From Candidatus Sysuimicrobiota bacterium (GTDB taxonomy: Bacteria > Sysuimicrobiota > Sysuimicrobiia > Sysuimicrobiales > Sysuimicrobiaceae): a stretch of 64,000 nt of DNA. The notes below the pieces were generated by a model. It saw only the letters and a list, made by a program, of their open reading frames with translations. It made no database searches and was not told the origin of the DNA. Positions 10,065-19,881 of this stretch are shown here, one piece after another; the stretch's first letter is position 1; each line of letters starts with the position of its first letter. A program made the position numbers and the translations under genes. The stretch is taken from assembly GCA_040289515.1 (NCBI GenBank), contig PSLI01000006.1:2729-66728 (forward strand). The letters run 5' to 3'.

Positions 10065-11042
10065 GTGGAATCCCTGCTGCGGGTGGAGGACCTCCGGCTG
10101 CACTTCCGCACCGCCGCGGGCCTCGTGCGGGCGGTGGACGGCGTGCACCTGGAGGTAGCCCGGGCTCGCACCGTGGCCGTCCTGGGTGAGAGCGGCTGCG
10201 GCAAGACCTCCCTGGCGCGTGCCCTGCTGCGGCTGCTGCCCCGCAACGTGGCCCACTACAGCGGTCGGGTGGTGCTGGACGGGCTGGACCTGCTGGAATT
10301 ACCGGAGGAGGTCTTCCGGCAACAGGTGCGCTGGGTGCGCCTGTCCCTGGTGCCGCAGGCCGCCATGAACGCCCTGAACCCGGTGCTGCGGGTGGGAGAG
10401 CAGGTGGCCGAGCCCCTGTGGTTGCACGGCCGCGTGCGCCGGCCGCAGGAGGCGCGGGGGGAGGTGGAAGCTGCCCTGCGGCGGGTGGGCCTGCCCGCGG
10501 ACTTCGCGGACCGCTACCCCTTCGAGCTCAGCGGAGGGATGCGTCAGCGGGTGGCCATCGCCATGGCCCTGGTCCTGCGGCCGCAGCTGGTGGTGCTGGA
10601 CGAGCCCACCTCTGCCCTGGACGTCCTGACCCAGGCGAACCTCATGAACCTGCTGAAGACCCTGCGGTGGGAGCTTGGCATCAGCTTCCTGCTCATCACC
10701 CATGATGTGGCCACCGCCAGCGAGCTGGCGGACGACGTGGCGCTGATGTACGCGGGCCAGATCGTAGAGTTCGGCCGCGCGCACCGCTTTCTCCGGCAGC
10801 CCCTGCATCCTTACGGCCAGGCCCTGCGGGCCAGCGTGGTGAGTTTTCGGGAGGAGCGAACCCCGCAGCCCCTTCCCGGGCAGCCCCCGAGCCTGGTGAA
10901 CCCGCCCCCGGGGTGCCGTTTCGCGGATCGGTGCCCGGCGCGCTTCGAACCCTGCCACCGCACACCTCCCCTCGTGCCCGTGGAGGGGCACGGGCGGGTG
11001 ATGTGCTGGCTATATGCGCAGGAGGCGTCCCGTGTCGGGTGA
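10065..11042 (+). CDS. ABC ATP-binding protein OppD-like
   Basis: GESGCGKT, LSGGMRQR, LDEPT, oligo_HPY tail with Cys cluster. Confidence 0.95.
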   Translation: MESLLRVEDLRLHFRTAAGLVRAVDGVHLEVARARTVAVLGESGCGKTSLARALLRLLPRNVAHYSGRVVLDGLDLLELPEEVFRQQVRWVRLSLVPQAAMNALNPVLRVGEQVAEPLWLHGRVRRPQEARGEVEAALRRVGLPADFADRYPFELSGGMRQRVAIAMALVLRPQLVVLDEPTSALDVLTQANLMNLLKTLRWELGISFLLITHDVATASELADDVALMYAGQIVEFGRAHRFLRQPLHPYGQALRASVVSFREERTPQPLPGQPPSLVNPPPGCRFADRCPARFEPCHRTPPLVPVEGHGRVMCWLYAQEASRVG

Positions 11043-12057
11043 GCCGCTTCTGGTGGTGCGTGACCTCGCCACCTGGTACGAGCTGCGGCGATTCGGGTTT
11101 CTGCACCAGGGGTGGGTGCGGGCTACGGACGGCGTGAGCCTGCAGGTGCAGGAGGGTGAGGCGGTGGCCGTGGTGGGGGAAAGCGGCTGTGGGAAGAGCA
11201 CCCTCGCCAAGACCCTGCTGGGGCTTGTGCGGCCGCGGCGCGGGGACCTGTGGTTCGAGGGCCGGCAGATCCGGACCGAGGACGACTGGCGGTGGTACCG
11301 GCGGCGCGTGGGCTACGTTCAGCAGGACCCGTACGCCGCTCTTCCGCCCTTTATGACGGTGCGCCGCGTCCTGGAGGAACCTCTCGTGGTGAACGGTGTG
11401 CGCTCTGCCAGGGAGCGGCGGGCCCGGGTGGTGGAAGCTCTGGAGGCCGTCCAGCTGGTACCCCCGGAGGAGTTCCTGACGCGCTTTCCCCACATGCTCA
11501 GCGGGGGCCAGCAGCAGCGGCTCGTGGTAGCCCGCGCCACCCTCCTGAACCCCAGGTTGCTGGTGGCGGACGAGCCGGTGTCCATGCTGGACGCCTCCGT
11601 GCGGGTGGAGGTGCTGCAGCTGCTGCGCAGCTTCCAGCAGGCTCGCAGGCTTTCGGTGGTGTACATCACCCACGACCTGTCCACGGTGCGCCACTTCTGC
11701 GAGCGGGTGCTGGTCATGTATGCGGGCAAGGTGGTGGAGCAGGCACCGGTGGCGGACCTGCTGCGGGAGCCCCGACACCCGTACACACAGGCGCTGCTAG
11801 CGGCCATCCCCGACGTCGACCCGAACAACGCCCGCCGCGTGCGCGCCGTGCCTCCGGGGGAGCCGCCAAGCCTCGTGCGGCCTCCCGGCGGCTGCCGGTT
11901 CCACCCGCGGTGCCCGGTGGCGATCTCTGGGGTGTGCGAGCGTAACCCGCCTCCGGACTTCGAGGTAGCGCCGGGGCACGTGGCAGCGTGCTGGCTGTAC
12001 CAGGCAGCCCGCAGGGCGGTTGCGGGAGTCACCCCGCAGGGAGGGTCGCTGCCGTGA
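11032..12057 (+). CDS. ABC ATP-binding protein OppF-like
   Basis: GESGCGKS, LSGGQQQR, ADEP, HPYT...GCRFHPRC; GTG start after GGAGG. Confidence 0.95.
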   Translation: MSGEPLLVVRDLATWYELRRFGFLHQGWVRATDGVSLQVQEGEAVAVVGESGCGKSTLAKTLLGLVRPRRGDLWFEGRQIRTEDDWRWYRRRVGYVQQDPYAALPPFMTVRRVLEEPLVVNGVRSARERRARVVEALEAVQLVPPEEFLTRFPHMLSGGQQQRLVVARATLLNPRLLVADEPVSMLDASVRVEVLQLLRSFQQARRLSVVYITHDLSTVRHFCERVLVMYAGKVVEQAPVADLLREPRHPYTQALLAAIPDVDPNNARRVRAVPPGEPPSLVRPPGGCRFHPRCPVAISGVCERNPPPDFEVAPGHVAACWLYQAARRAVAGVTPQGGSLP

Positions 12058-12248
12058 ACCCTGTGCGTCTGATGGGCACGGGCGCGGCCCTGCTGGTGGG
12101 CAGCTGGGGTGTGGTGTTTCTGATGGTGTTGCGGGAGCTGCCGCCGGACTTGGGGTTGGCTTTGGTGGCCTACGGAACGAGTGTGGTGGGGTTGGGTTTG
12201 GGGATCGTGGGTGCGGCGTTGTGGGCGCGGGGACGGAGGGTGCGGTAA
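12054..12248 (+). CDS. Small two-TM membrane protein closing the ABC operon (64 aa)
   Basis: GTGA overlap with the upstream stop, two hydrophobic helices, basic C-terminus, followed by a hairpin. Confidence 0.7.
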   Translation: MNPVRLMGTGAALLVGSWGVVFLMVLRELPPDLGLALVAYGTSVVGLGLGIVGAALWARGRRVR

Positions 12249-12282
12249 GGGGCCGGCCGCCGCGTCGCGGGGCCGGCCCCTT
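12247..12282. terminator. GC-rich hairpin between convergent genes (probable bidirectional terminator)
   Basis: AAGGGGCCGGCC ... GGCCGGCCCCTT 12-bp inverted repeat. Confidence 0.6.
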
Positions 12283-12286
12283 CCGG

Positions 12287-13009
12287 TCAGGCGGCCCAGG
12301 TCTGCCCCGGTTCCATCACCACGATCTCCAGCCCCTCGATCTCCCGGGTTGCTTCCCGGAGGGCTTCCGGGGTGCCGGTGAGGAGCGGGAACGTGGCGTA
12401 GTGCATGGGAATCACGCACTTGACCCCCAGCAGCCGGATGGCGTACGCGGCCTCCGTGGGGCCCATGGTGAACCGGTCGCCGATGGGCAGCATGGCCACC
12501 TGGGGCCGGTACAGCTCGCCGATGAGCTTCATGTCCCCGAACACGCAGGTGTCCCCCGCGTGGTAGATGCGAAAGCCGTCTTCCGTCTCCAGCACGAACC
12601 CCGCGGGGTCCCCCGCGTACACCACCGACCCGTCCTCCGCCTGCGCCCCGGAGCTGTGGAACGCGTTGGTCATGGTCACCTTGAGTCCTTGCACCTGCAC
12701 CGTACCACCCTTGTTCATTTGCTCGAACCGCTCAACCCCCTGCCGACTCAAAAGGGCGCACACCTCCGGCATGGCCACCACCGTGGCGCCCGTGGCGCGA
12801 GCAAGGGGGGCTACGTCGCTGGACAGGTGGTCGAAGTGGCCGTGGGTGATCAGGATGAGGTCCGCCCGGTCCTGCTTTTTATGGGAATCTGGGCAGCGGG
12901 GGTTGCCTTCCAGCCACGGGTCGATGAACACCACCTTGCCGCCCGGGGTGGTGATCTTGAAGCTGGCATGGCCGAGATACGTGATGCGGAGGCCCTGGGG
13001 TAGCTTCAC
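12287..13009 (-). CDS. Metal-dependent hydrolase, metallo-beta-lactamase fold (UPF0173)
   Basis: 'YLGHASF', 'THGHFDH', 'YHAGDT', 'LPIGDRFTMGP', 'IPMHY'; GTG after GGAGG. Confidence 0.92.
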   Translation of the reverse strand: MKLPQGLRITYLGHASFKITTPGGKVVFIDPWLEGNPRCPDSHKKQDRADLILITHGHFDHLSSDVAPLARATGATVVAMPEVCALLSRQGVERFEQMNKGGTVQVQGLKVTMTNAFHSSGAQAEDGSVVYAGDPAGFVLETEDGFRIYHAGDTCVFGDMKLIGELYRPQVAMLPIGDRFTMGPTEAAYAIRLLGVKCVIPMHYATFPLLTGTPEALREATREIEGLEIVVMEPGQTWAA

Positions 13010-13097
13010 GGCGCACCTCCTGGTTCCAGACGGGATCTCGCATCTAGGATACGGCTGTGGGAGCTTTCCCACCTAGCGGGTTGGAGGAGGTGCGCGG

Positions 13098-14018
13098 GTG
13101 AGCTGGCGCCTGCTGGTGTTGAGTCTCCTGCTGGTAGTACCGGCAGGTGGTGAAGCTCCCGCAGGGGAGGGTGTGGTGGTGGCGGCCGCGGGTGATGTGG
13201 CCTGCGACCCCGAACACCGACCCCGGGCCGGTGAATGTGCGGACGCCCACACCGCGGCCCTGCTGGCGGACGCGGACCTGGTGCTGATGCTGGGGGATGG
13301 CCAGTATCCGGACGGTTCTTTGGAACGCTACCGACAGGGCTACGGTCGCACGTGGGGCCGGTACAGGGACCGCACCCGGCCCGTTCCGGGCAACCACGAG
13401 TACCGGACCCCTGGGGCCCGGGGTTACTTCACGTACTTCGAACAGCTGGCGGGCCCCCCGGGTCTTGGCTACCACGCCTTCGACGCGGGGACCTGGCGGC
13501 TAGTGGCCCTCAACTCGAACTGTTGGGCGGTGGGAGGCTGCGGCCCCGGCTCTCCCCAGTACCGTTGGCTCGCCGAGCAGCTAGCCCTCGGCCGCGGCCG
13601 GTGCGTGCTGGCCTTCTGGCACCACCCCTTGTTCACTGTGGGTCGGTACGAATCGTACGAACCGGTTCGGCCGTGGTGGCAGGAGCTGTACCGTGCCGGC
13701 GCTGCGGTGGTCCTTTCCGCGCACGACCACAACTATCAGCGTTTTCCGCCGCTGGACCCCGAGGGCCGGCAAACGCCCCGCGGGATTCGCCAGTTTGTGG
13801 TGGGCACCGGGGGCCGGAACCTGTACCGCGCCCGCCGCCAGAGTCCCGTTGAGGCGGAGGTGGTGCGGGACGACCACTTCGGCGTCCTTCAGCTCCGTCT
13901 GCTGCCGGGACGCTATGAGTGGGCCTTCCTCGCTACCAGCGGCCAGGCCTTGGACCGCGGCACCTCCCCATGCCCGCTACCTGGAACCGATCCCAGGTAC
14001 CGGCGGGGTGGCGGCTAG
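13098..14018 (+). CDS. Secreted calcineurin-like metallophosphoesterase
   Basis: Signal peptide; AAGD, LGDGQY, PGNHEY, WHHP, AHDHNY motifs. Confidence 0.88.
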   Translation: MSWRLLVLSLLLVVPAGGEAPAGEGVVVAAAGDVACDPEHRPRAGECADAHTAALLADADLVLMLGDGQYPDGSLERYRQGYGRTWGRYRDRTRPVPGNHEYRTPGARGYFTYFEQLAGPPGLGYHAFDAGTWRLVALNSNCWAVGGCGPGSPQYRWLAEQLALGRGRCVLAFWHHPLFTVGRYESYEPVRPWWQELYRAGAAVVLSAHDHNYQRFPPLDPEGRQTPRGIRQFVVGTGGRNLYRARRQSPVEAEVVRDDHFGVLQLRLLPGRYEWAFLATSGQALDRGTSPCPLPGTDPRYRRGGG

Positions 14019-15775
14019 GAGTTTTTGCGTTCGGCGCTCGTGCGCGCGTCCAGCAGGGGCAGGGCGAAGGAGAACACACTGCCGCGGCCCGGTGTGCTCT
14101 CCGCCCAGATGCGGCCTCCCTGCATCTCCACCAGGTGCTTAGCAATCGCCAGCCCCAAGCCGAAGCCGCCGCTGGTGCGGGTTCGGGACCGGTCCGCCCG
14201 GTAGAAACGGTCGAACACATGGGGGAGGTCGTCGGGCGGGATTCCCTTCCCCGTATCTTCCACCGAAACCCACCCCTCGCCGCCGTGAACGCGGGTGCGC
14301 ACGTGGATGCGGCCGCCCGGAAGGGTGAACTTCAGGGCGTTGTCCACCAGGTTGGTGAGGACCTGCTCCAGGCGGTCGGGATCGGCCACGACCAGCACCC
14401 CGGGCTCCACGGAGCACTCCAGCCGGACGCCCGCGCCCTCGGCACGCGGCTGTTGCCGGTCCACCACCGCCGCGCACAGGGCCGCGAGGTCCACGGTCTG
14501 CAGCTGGAAGGTGACACCCTTGGACTCCAGGCGGGACAGCTCCAGCAGGTCGTCCACCAGCTTGGTGAGCCGGTTGGTTTCCGTCTCGATGATCTCCAGG
14601 AACCGGCGGCTGTTCTGTTCGTCCCGCAGGGCTCCCGCCAGCAGGGTCTCCACGAAGCCCTTGATGGAGGTAAGGGGCGTGCGGAGCTCGTGGGAGACGT
14701 TGGCCACCAGCTCTCGCCGCAACCGTTCCGACCGGCGCAGCTCTGTGACGTCCCGCACCACCGCCACGGCCCCCGCGGGCTCGCCGTCGCCGCGAATGGA
14801 GCTGCACGTAACCTCCACCACCCTCCCGCCGGGCAGGCTCAACTCCTCGGACTGCTCCCTGCCTTGGGCTGCCGCCTCCAGCAGCTGCACCAGGGCCGGG
14901 ACCCGCACCACCTCCGCCAGGGGCTGGCCCACAGCGTCCTGCCGGACGCCCAACAGCTCCTCCGCGGATCGGTTCGCCAGCAGCAGCTCACCGCGGGGAC
15001 CCACGGCCACCACCGCATCCCGCAGGCTCGCCAGCACAGCCTCCAGCCGGTTCCGCTCCTCCCGGATCCGCTCGACGGTGTTGGCCAGCTGCTGGGCCAT
15101 GCGGTTGAAGGCCTCCGCGAGGCGGCCCACCTCATCCGGACCCCGTACGGAAACCTGCCGGCCGTACTCGCCCCGGCTAATGGCCTGGGCACCCTGTTCC
15201 AGCTCCCGCAACGGCCGCGTGACCGACCGGCTGATGCGCAGTCCCAGGAAGGTGCCTGCGCCCAGGGCCAGGGCCCCTGCGGCCGCGAACGCCCACCAGA
15301 CTTGCTGCAGCTGGCGCTGTACCCACAGCCGGGGTGCCGACACGTGCACCACGCCCAGTACCCGGGACCCCTCCCGCACCGGTGCGGCCGCGAAGATTCG
15401 CATCTCCCGGCTCGTTTCGTCCCACCGCTGGGCGGAGCTCACGCGGCCTCGGGTTGCCTCCAGCACCTCGGGCGGTGGCGGGGGCTGGCCCAGGCCCAGG
15501 TGAGGATTTGTGCCCGAGGGATCCCGCACCCCCACGTACACGCCCTTGCGCCACTGGTAGACCTTGGTCAGCTGTTCCACGGAGCCCAAGGGCTCCCCGG
15601 CCCGCAGGTGCGGGCGGATTGCCTGCGCGATGACGCGGGCTTGTGCTTCCAGGCTGGCGGCGTAGGCCCGCGTGTACCGCTGCTCGATCTGACGCACCGC
15701 GTACGCCCCCGCCACCAGGAGGGCCAGGGCCACCACGGCCACGTAACTGGCCACCAGCCGTGCCTGCAAGCTCAC
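14015..15775 (-). CDS. Membrane sensor histidine kinase (PhoR/WalK-like; HAMP-PAS-HisKA-HATPase)
   Basis: Two TM helices, HAMP 'DEVGRLAEAFNRM', 'SHELRTPLT', 'NLVDNALK', 'DTGKGI', 'GLGLAI'. Confidence 0.93.
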   Translation of the reverse strand: MSLQARLVASYVAVVALALLVAGAYAVRQIEQRYTRAYAASLEAQARVIAQAIRPHLRAGEPLGSVEQLTKVYQWRKGVYVGVRDPSGTNPHLGLGQPPPPPEVLEATRGRVSSAQRWDETSREMRIFAAAPVREGSRVLGVVHVSAPRLWVQRQLQQVWWAFAAAGALALGAGTFLGLRISRSVTRPLRELEQGAQAISRGEYGRQVSVRGPDEVGRLAEAFNRMAQQLANTVERIREERNRLEAVLASLRDAVVAVGPRGELLLANRSAEELLGVRQDAVGQPLAEVVRVPALVQLLEAAAQGREQSEELSLPGGRVVEVTCSSIRGDGEPAGAVAVVRDVTELRRSERLRRELVANVSHELRTPLTSIKGFVETLLAGALRDEQNSRRFLEIIETETNRLTKLVDDLLELSRLESKGVTFQLQTVDLAALCAAVVDRQQPRAEGAGVRLECSVEPGVLVVADPDRLEQVLTNLVDNALKFTLPGGRIHVRTRVHGGEGWVSVEDTGKGIPPDDLPHVFDRFYRADRSRTRTSGGFGLGLAIAKHLVEMQGGRIWAESTPGRGSVFSFALPLLDARTSAERKNS

Positions 15776-16500
15776 CGTCCTCCGGTCCTCCGAGCTTTCC
15801 GGGATGCCTCCGGTACCTTGAACTTGTAACCCACGCCCCGCACGGTGACGATGTACGTGGGAGCAGCGGGGTCGTCCTCGATCTTGTCCCGCAGTCGGCT
15901 GATGTGCATGTCCACGGTCCGGGTGGTCCCAAGGTAGTCGTAACCCCACACGTGCTCCAGGAGCGCGTCCCGCGTGAACACCCGATTCGGGTGCGCCATG
16001 AGCAGGCGCAGCAGGTCGAACTCCTTGGTGGTAAGATCCACGGGTCGGCCCGCCAGGAATACCTCCCGGGTGTTGGGGTCGAGAACCAACTCCCCCGCCA
16101 CCAGCCGGGGTTGCGTGCTTCCCGCTTCCATCTCGGGCCGGGCGCGCCGCAGGATGGCCCGCACCCGGGCCACCAGCTCCCGGGGGCTGAAGGGCTTGGT
16201 CACGTAGTCGTCCGCGCCGGTCTCCAGCCCCAGCACCCGGTCCAGCTCGCCGTCCTTGGCGGTGAGCACCAGGATGGGGACCGGGCTTTCCCGGCGGAGC
16301 GTCCTGCACACCTCCAGGCCGTCCACGTACGGGAGCATGAGGTCCAGCACGATGAGGTCGGGACGTTCCGCCCGCGCCCGCTGCAGGGCCTGCTGGCCGT
16401 CGTACGCCACGCTGACCTGGAAACCCTCGCGTTCCAGGTTGTAGCGCACGAGCTCCACGATGTGGGGCTCGTCGTCCACCACCAGAATCTTGTGCGGCAC
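15772..16500 (-). CDS. OmpR/PhoB-family response regulator
   Basis: 'ILVVDDE', 'LDLMLP', 'GADDYVTKPF', winged helix 'RTVDMHISRLR', 'TVRGVGY'. Confidence 0.95.
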   Translation of the reverse strand: MPHKILVVDDEPHIVELVRYNLEREGFQVSVAYDGQQALQRARAERPDLIVLDLMLPYVDGLEVCRTLRRESPVPILVLTAKDGELDRVLGLETGADDYVTKPFSPRELVARVRAILRRARPEMEAGSTQPRLVAGELVLDPNTREVFLAGRPVDLTTKEFDLLRLLMAHPNRVFTRDALLEHVWGYDYLGTTRTVDMHISRLRDKIEDDPAAPTYIVTVRGVGYKFKVPEASRKARRTGGR

Positions 16501-16566
16501 CTGCGCACCCCCCCAGCGGCTCCTTTTTTGAGCCTCCCCCCCCGGCATCACGGGAAGGTAAAAAAT

Positions 16567-18159
16567 TCAGTCGTCCGGCGAGGGCCCCGCCTGGCGCACC
16601 TCCGGGGCCACCTGGCGCGCGAAACGCTCGAAGTTCTGTGCGAACATGCGCGCCAGCTTACGGGCCTGTTCGTCGTACGCACGGCGGTCAGGCCATGTGT
16701 TGCGGGGCACGAGGATCTCCGGGGGCACCCCGGGCACCCGTTCGGGCACCCGCAGCCGAAAGCGGTGCTCCTCCCGGTACCCGACCCCTTCCAAGGCGCC
16801 CGACAGCGCCGCGCGGATCATGGCCCGCGTGTACGCGATGGGGATGCGGTGGCCCACCCCGAAGGGCCCACCCGTCCAGCCCGTGTTCACCAGCCACACC
16901 CGGGACCGGTAGCGGCGCAGCCGGTCACCCAGCAGCTCCGCGTACCGTGCGGGCGGCAGGGGGAGGAAGGGCGCGCCGAAGCACGTGCTGAAGGTGGCCT
17001 GAGGGTCGCGAACCCCCTTCTCCGTGCCCGCTACCTTGGCCGTGTAGCCCGACAGGAAGTGGTACAGGGCCTGGGCGTGGTCCAGGCGGGCGATGGGCGG
17101 CAGCACCCCGAAGGCGTCCGCGGCGAGGAACACCACGTCGCTGGGATGGTCCGCCCGGCCGTCCGGGACCACCTGCATGAGGTAGGACAGGGGGTAGGCG
17201 GCGCGCGTGTTCTCCGTGATGCGGTCGTCCTGCAGGTCCAGCTCCCGGGTAAGGGGGTTCACCACCACGTTCTCCAGCACCGTGGCGAACCGGCGGGTGG
17301 TGGCGTAGATCTCGGGTTCCGCCTCCGGCGAAAGCCGGATCACCTTCGCGTAGCAGCCGCCCTCCAGGTTGAAAATTCCGTCGTCCGCCCAGCCGTGCTC
17401 GTCGTCGCCCACCAGCCGCCGCTCGGGGTCCGTGGAGAGGCTGGTTTTACCCGTGCCCGAAAGCCCGAAAAACAGGGCGCTGCGACCATCAGGGCCGACG
17501 TTGGCCGCACAGTGCATGGAGGCTACGCCCTGCTGCGGGAGCAGGTAGTTCATCAGGGTGAACACCGACTTCTTGATCTCGCCCGCGTACAGGGTGCCCC
17601 CGATGAGGACCAGGCCCTGGGTGAAACTCAGGGCGATGAAGGTCTCCGACCGCGTGCCGTGGAGGGCCGGATCTGCCTTGCAGCTGGGCAGGCACAGGAC
17701 CGTGTAGGCGGGGGGCTGTACCACGGGCTGCACCCCCTCCGGCCTTCGGAACAGGTGGCGGCTGAACAGGCTGTGCCAGGCCAGCTCCGTGATCACCCGA
17801 ACGGACACCCGGTAGCGAGGGTGGGCGCCCACCACAAGGTCCTGCACGTACAGGTCGCAGCGGGCGGCCCAGCGGAAGGCGTGGTCGCGCAGGGCCGCGA
17901 ACGCCTCCGGCTCCATGGGCTGGTTCACCGGCCCCCACCACACGTGGTCGACCACCCCGGGCTCCTGCACCACGTATTTGTCCTGGGGCGAGCGGCCCGT
18001 GTGCGGGGTGGTGACGACCGCGAAGGCACCACCCTCGGCCAGCATCCCCTCCCGCCGCCGCAGAGCGTGCTCCACCAGTTCGGGTACGGTGAGGTTCCAG
18101 TACACGGCCGCGTGGGTCATAAAGGGCAGGGGCGAGGGCTGCGCGTCGGCCAACCTCAT
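16567..18159 (-). CDS. pckA: Phosphoenolpyruvate carboxykinase (ATP)
   Basis: 'TGRSPQDK', 'YAGEIKK', 'GLSGTGKTSLS', 'GDDEHGW', 'EGGCYAK', 'NTGWTGG'. Confidence 0.97.
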   Translation of the reverse strand: MRLADAQPSPLPFMTHAAVYWNLTVPELVEHALRRREGMLAEGGAFAVVTTPHTGRSPQDKYVVQEPGVVDHVWWGPVNQPMEPEAFAALRDHAFRWAARCDLYVQDLVVGAHPRYRVSVRVITELAWHSLFSRHLFRRPEGVQPVVQPPAYTVLCLPSCKADPALHGTRSETFIALSFTQGLVLIGGTLYAGEIKKSVFTLMNYLLPQQGVASMHCAANVGPDGRSALFFGLSGTGKTSLSTDPERRLVGDDEHGWADDGIFNLEGGCYAKVIRLSPEAEPEIYATTRRFATVLENVVVNPLTRELDLQDDRITENTRAAYPLSYLMQVVPDGRADHPSDVVFLAADAFGVLPPIARLDHAQALYHFLSGYTAKVAGTEKGVRDPQATFSTCFGAPFLPLPPARYAELLGDRLRRYRSRVWLVNTGWTGGPFGVGHRIPIAYTRAMIRAALSGALEGVGYREEHRFRLRVPERVPGVPPEILVPRNTWPDRRAYDEQARKLARMFAQNFERFARQVAPEVRQAGPSPDD

Positions 18160-18186
18160 CCCGACCTCCCGGCGTCGTCCGCCGCT

Positions 18187-18232
18187 AGCATAGCACACGA
18201 GATGGACGCCCACGCGGGGCGGACCCTATGAT
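18187..18232. promoter_or_regulatory. Divergent sigma70-type promoters (pckA / moe operon)
   Basis: Minus strand extended -10 TGcTATGCT (18195-18187); plus strand TGGACG-N18-TATGAT (18203-18232). Confidence 0.45.
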
Positions 18233-18264
18233 GGGGACGGCGCAGGACGCATGGAGGTGGTGCC

Positions 18265-18576
18265 TTGAGGGCCTTGGCGTTGGCGGCTGTGCTGCTGGTG
18301 GTTCTGGCGGACCTGGTGCCCTCGTGCGAGTCGCAGAGCCGGGTGGTGCTGGGGTGGGTGGAGGACAAGTACATCGAGAGCGAGGGTGGAACCCTGTACG
18401 TGATCGTGGTGGACCGGGCACCGTACTCAGTGCCGTACACCTTCTATCAGGACGTGCGGGTCGGCGACAAGGTGCGGTATGACGGCCGCAAGTGGGAGAT
18501 CGTGCGCCGGGCAGGCGAGCCCTCGCGGCTGGTCCCCATCGAACTGCTCCCGCCGTCCCCGTCTCCTTCGCCGTAA
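18265..18576 (+). CDS. Small exported hypothetical protein
   Basis: GGAGG RBS, hydrophobic N-terminus ending at Cys, beta-rich body, Pro/Ser tail. Confidence 0.7.
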   Translation: MRALALAAVLLVVLADLVPSCESQSRVVLGWVEDKYIESEGGTLYVIVVDRAPYSVPYTFYQDVRVGDKVRYDGRKWEIVRRAGEPSRLVPIELLPPSPSPSP

Positions 18577-18615
18577 GCAGGGACGGGTCCGCGGAGACGC
18601 AGCGCGGGGGTCTGG

Positions 18616-19851
18616 GTGAGGGCGTTCGGGAGTGTTCTCACGCTGGAGGAGGCCCTGGAGCGCTTTCTGGCCGCGGTGCGGCCACAGCCGCGGGGAGAGG
18701 AAGTCGTACCCCTGGAGCGCGCCCTGGACCGCGTGTGCGCCTCCGACGTGCGGGCCGCCGAGGACCTGCCTCCCTTCCACCGGTCCACGGTGGACGGCTA
18801 CGCGGTCCGGTCGCAGGACCTGCTGCACGCTTCCGTGCGAGATCCCGTGGTCCTGGAGCTGGTGGGCGAGGTACGCATGGGGCAGTTGGCCGCTGTCTCG
18901 GTGGCCGCGGGCCAGTGCGTGCGCGTACCCACGGGCGGGGTGGTGCCCCCGGGAGCAGACGCGGTGGTGATGCAGGAGCATGTCCGCCTGCAAGGCGGGC
19001 GGGTGCACGTCCTTCGCTCCGTCACCACGGGGGAGAACGTTCTGCACCAGGCAGAGGACGCCCGGCGGGGCGAGGTGGTAATCCAGCGGGGCACCCGTCT
19101 TCGCCCGCAAGAGCTGGGCTTGCTGGCGGGTCTGGGCGTGGCGGAGGTTCCCTGTTACCTGCCGCCGCGGGTGGCGGTGTTCTCCACCGGCGACGAACTG
19201 GTGCCGCCGGACCACCAGCCCCGTCCAGGACAGGTTCGGGACATGAACGGGTACGCCCTGACCGCGCAGGTGGCCAAGCTGGGGGGGGTGCCGAGGTTCG
19301 GGGGAATCCTACCCGACCAGGCGGTGGTGGTGGAGACAGCTCTGCGGGACGCCATGCGCACGGCGGACGTGGTGCTGGCCTCCGGGGGAAGCTCCGTGGG
19401 CACCCTGGACGTCCTCAGCGAGGTGATCCCCCGCCTGGGGGAGCCGGGGGTCGTGGTCCACGGAGTCGCCATCAAACCCGGGAAGCCCACCCTGCTGGCG
19501 CTCTGCAAGGGCAGGGTGGTGGTGGGGCTGCCCGGGCATCCGGTGTCGGCCATGGTGGTGTTCGACGTCCTGGTGCGGCCCGTGCTGGAGGCCATGCTGG
19601 GTCTGCATCCCCAGCGGAGGGGGCCGCGCACCGTACCCGCGAACCTGGTGGCACCCCTTGTGGCCCCTCAGGACCGGGATGAGTTCGTGCGGGTGCGCGT
19701 ACGGTGCCAGGAGGACGTGCTGGCCGCGGAGCCCGTGCTGGGGAAGTCCGGCATGATCACCACTATGACCCGCGCAGACGGCTATGTGCGGGTCCCCATG
19801 GGCTCCCGCTGGGAGGCGGGTACCCCGGTGGAGGTGCGTCTGTTCGACTGA
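18616..19851 (+). CDS. moeA: Molybdopterin molybdotransferase
   Basis: 'PPFHRSTVDGYA', 'TGG..PPGADAVVMQE', 'STGDEL', 'SGGSSVG', 'KPGKP', 'LPGHP'. Confidence 0.95.
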   Translation: MRAFGSVLTLEEALERFLAAVRPQPRGEEVVPLERALDRVCASDVRAAEDLPPFHRSTVDGYAVRSQDLLHASVRDPVVLELVGEVRMGQLAAVSVAAGQCVRVPTGGVVPPGADAVVMQEHVRLQGGRVHVLRSVTTGENVLHQAEDARRGEVVIQRGTRLRPQELGLLAGLGVAEVPCYLPPRVAVFSTGDELVPPDHQPRPGQVRDMNGYALTAQVAKLGGVPRFGGILPDQAVVVETALRDAMRTADVVLASGGSSVGTLDVLSEVIPRLGEPGVVVHGVAIKPGKPTLLALCKGRVVVGLPGHPVSAMVVFDVLVRPVLEAMLGLHPQRRGPRTVPANLVAPLVAPQDRDEFVRVRVRCQEDVLAAEPVLGKSGMITTMTRADGYVRVPMGSRWEAGTPVEVRLFD

Positions 19852-19881
19852 CGGGGCCGCGGGAAAGGCGGTGAGGGAACC

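Noticed and set aside
13011-13095. 10-bp inverted repeat GCGCACCTCC/GGAGGTGCGC
   Set aside because: Explained by the RBSs of two divergent genes
15643-18231. Very long antisense or alternate-frame ORFs (also 30746-33511, 57811-60600, 58116-60722)
   Set aside because: Shadow ORFs of GC-rich coding strands; they have no motifs and fully overlap well-supported genes
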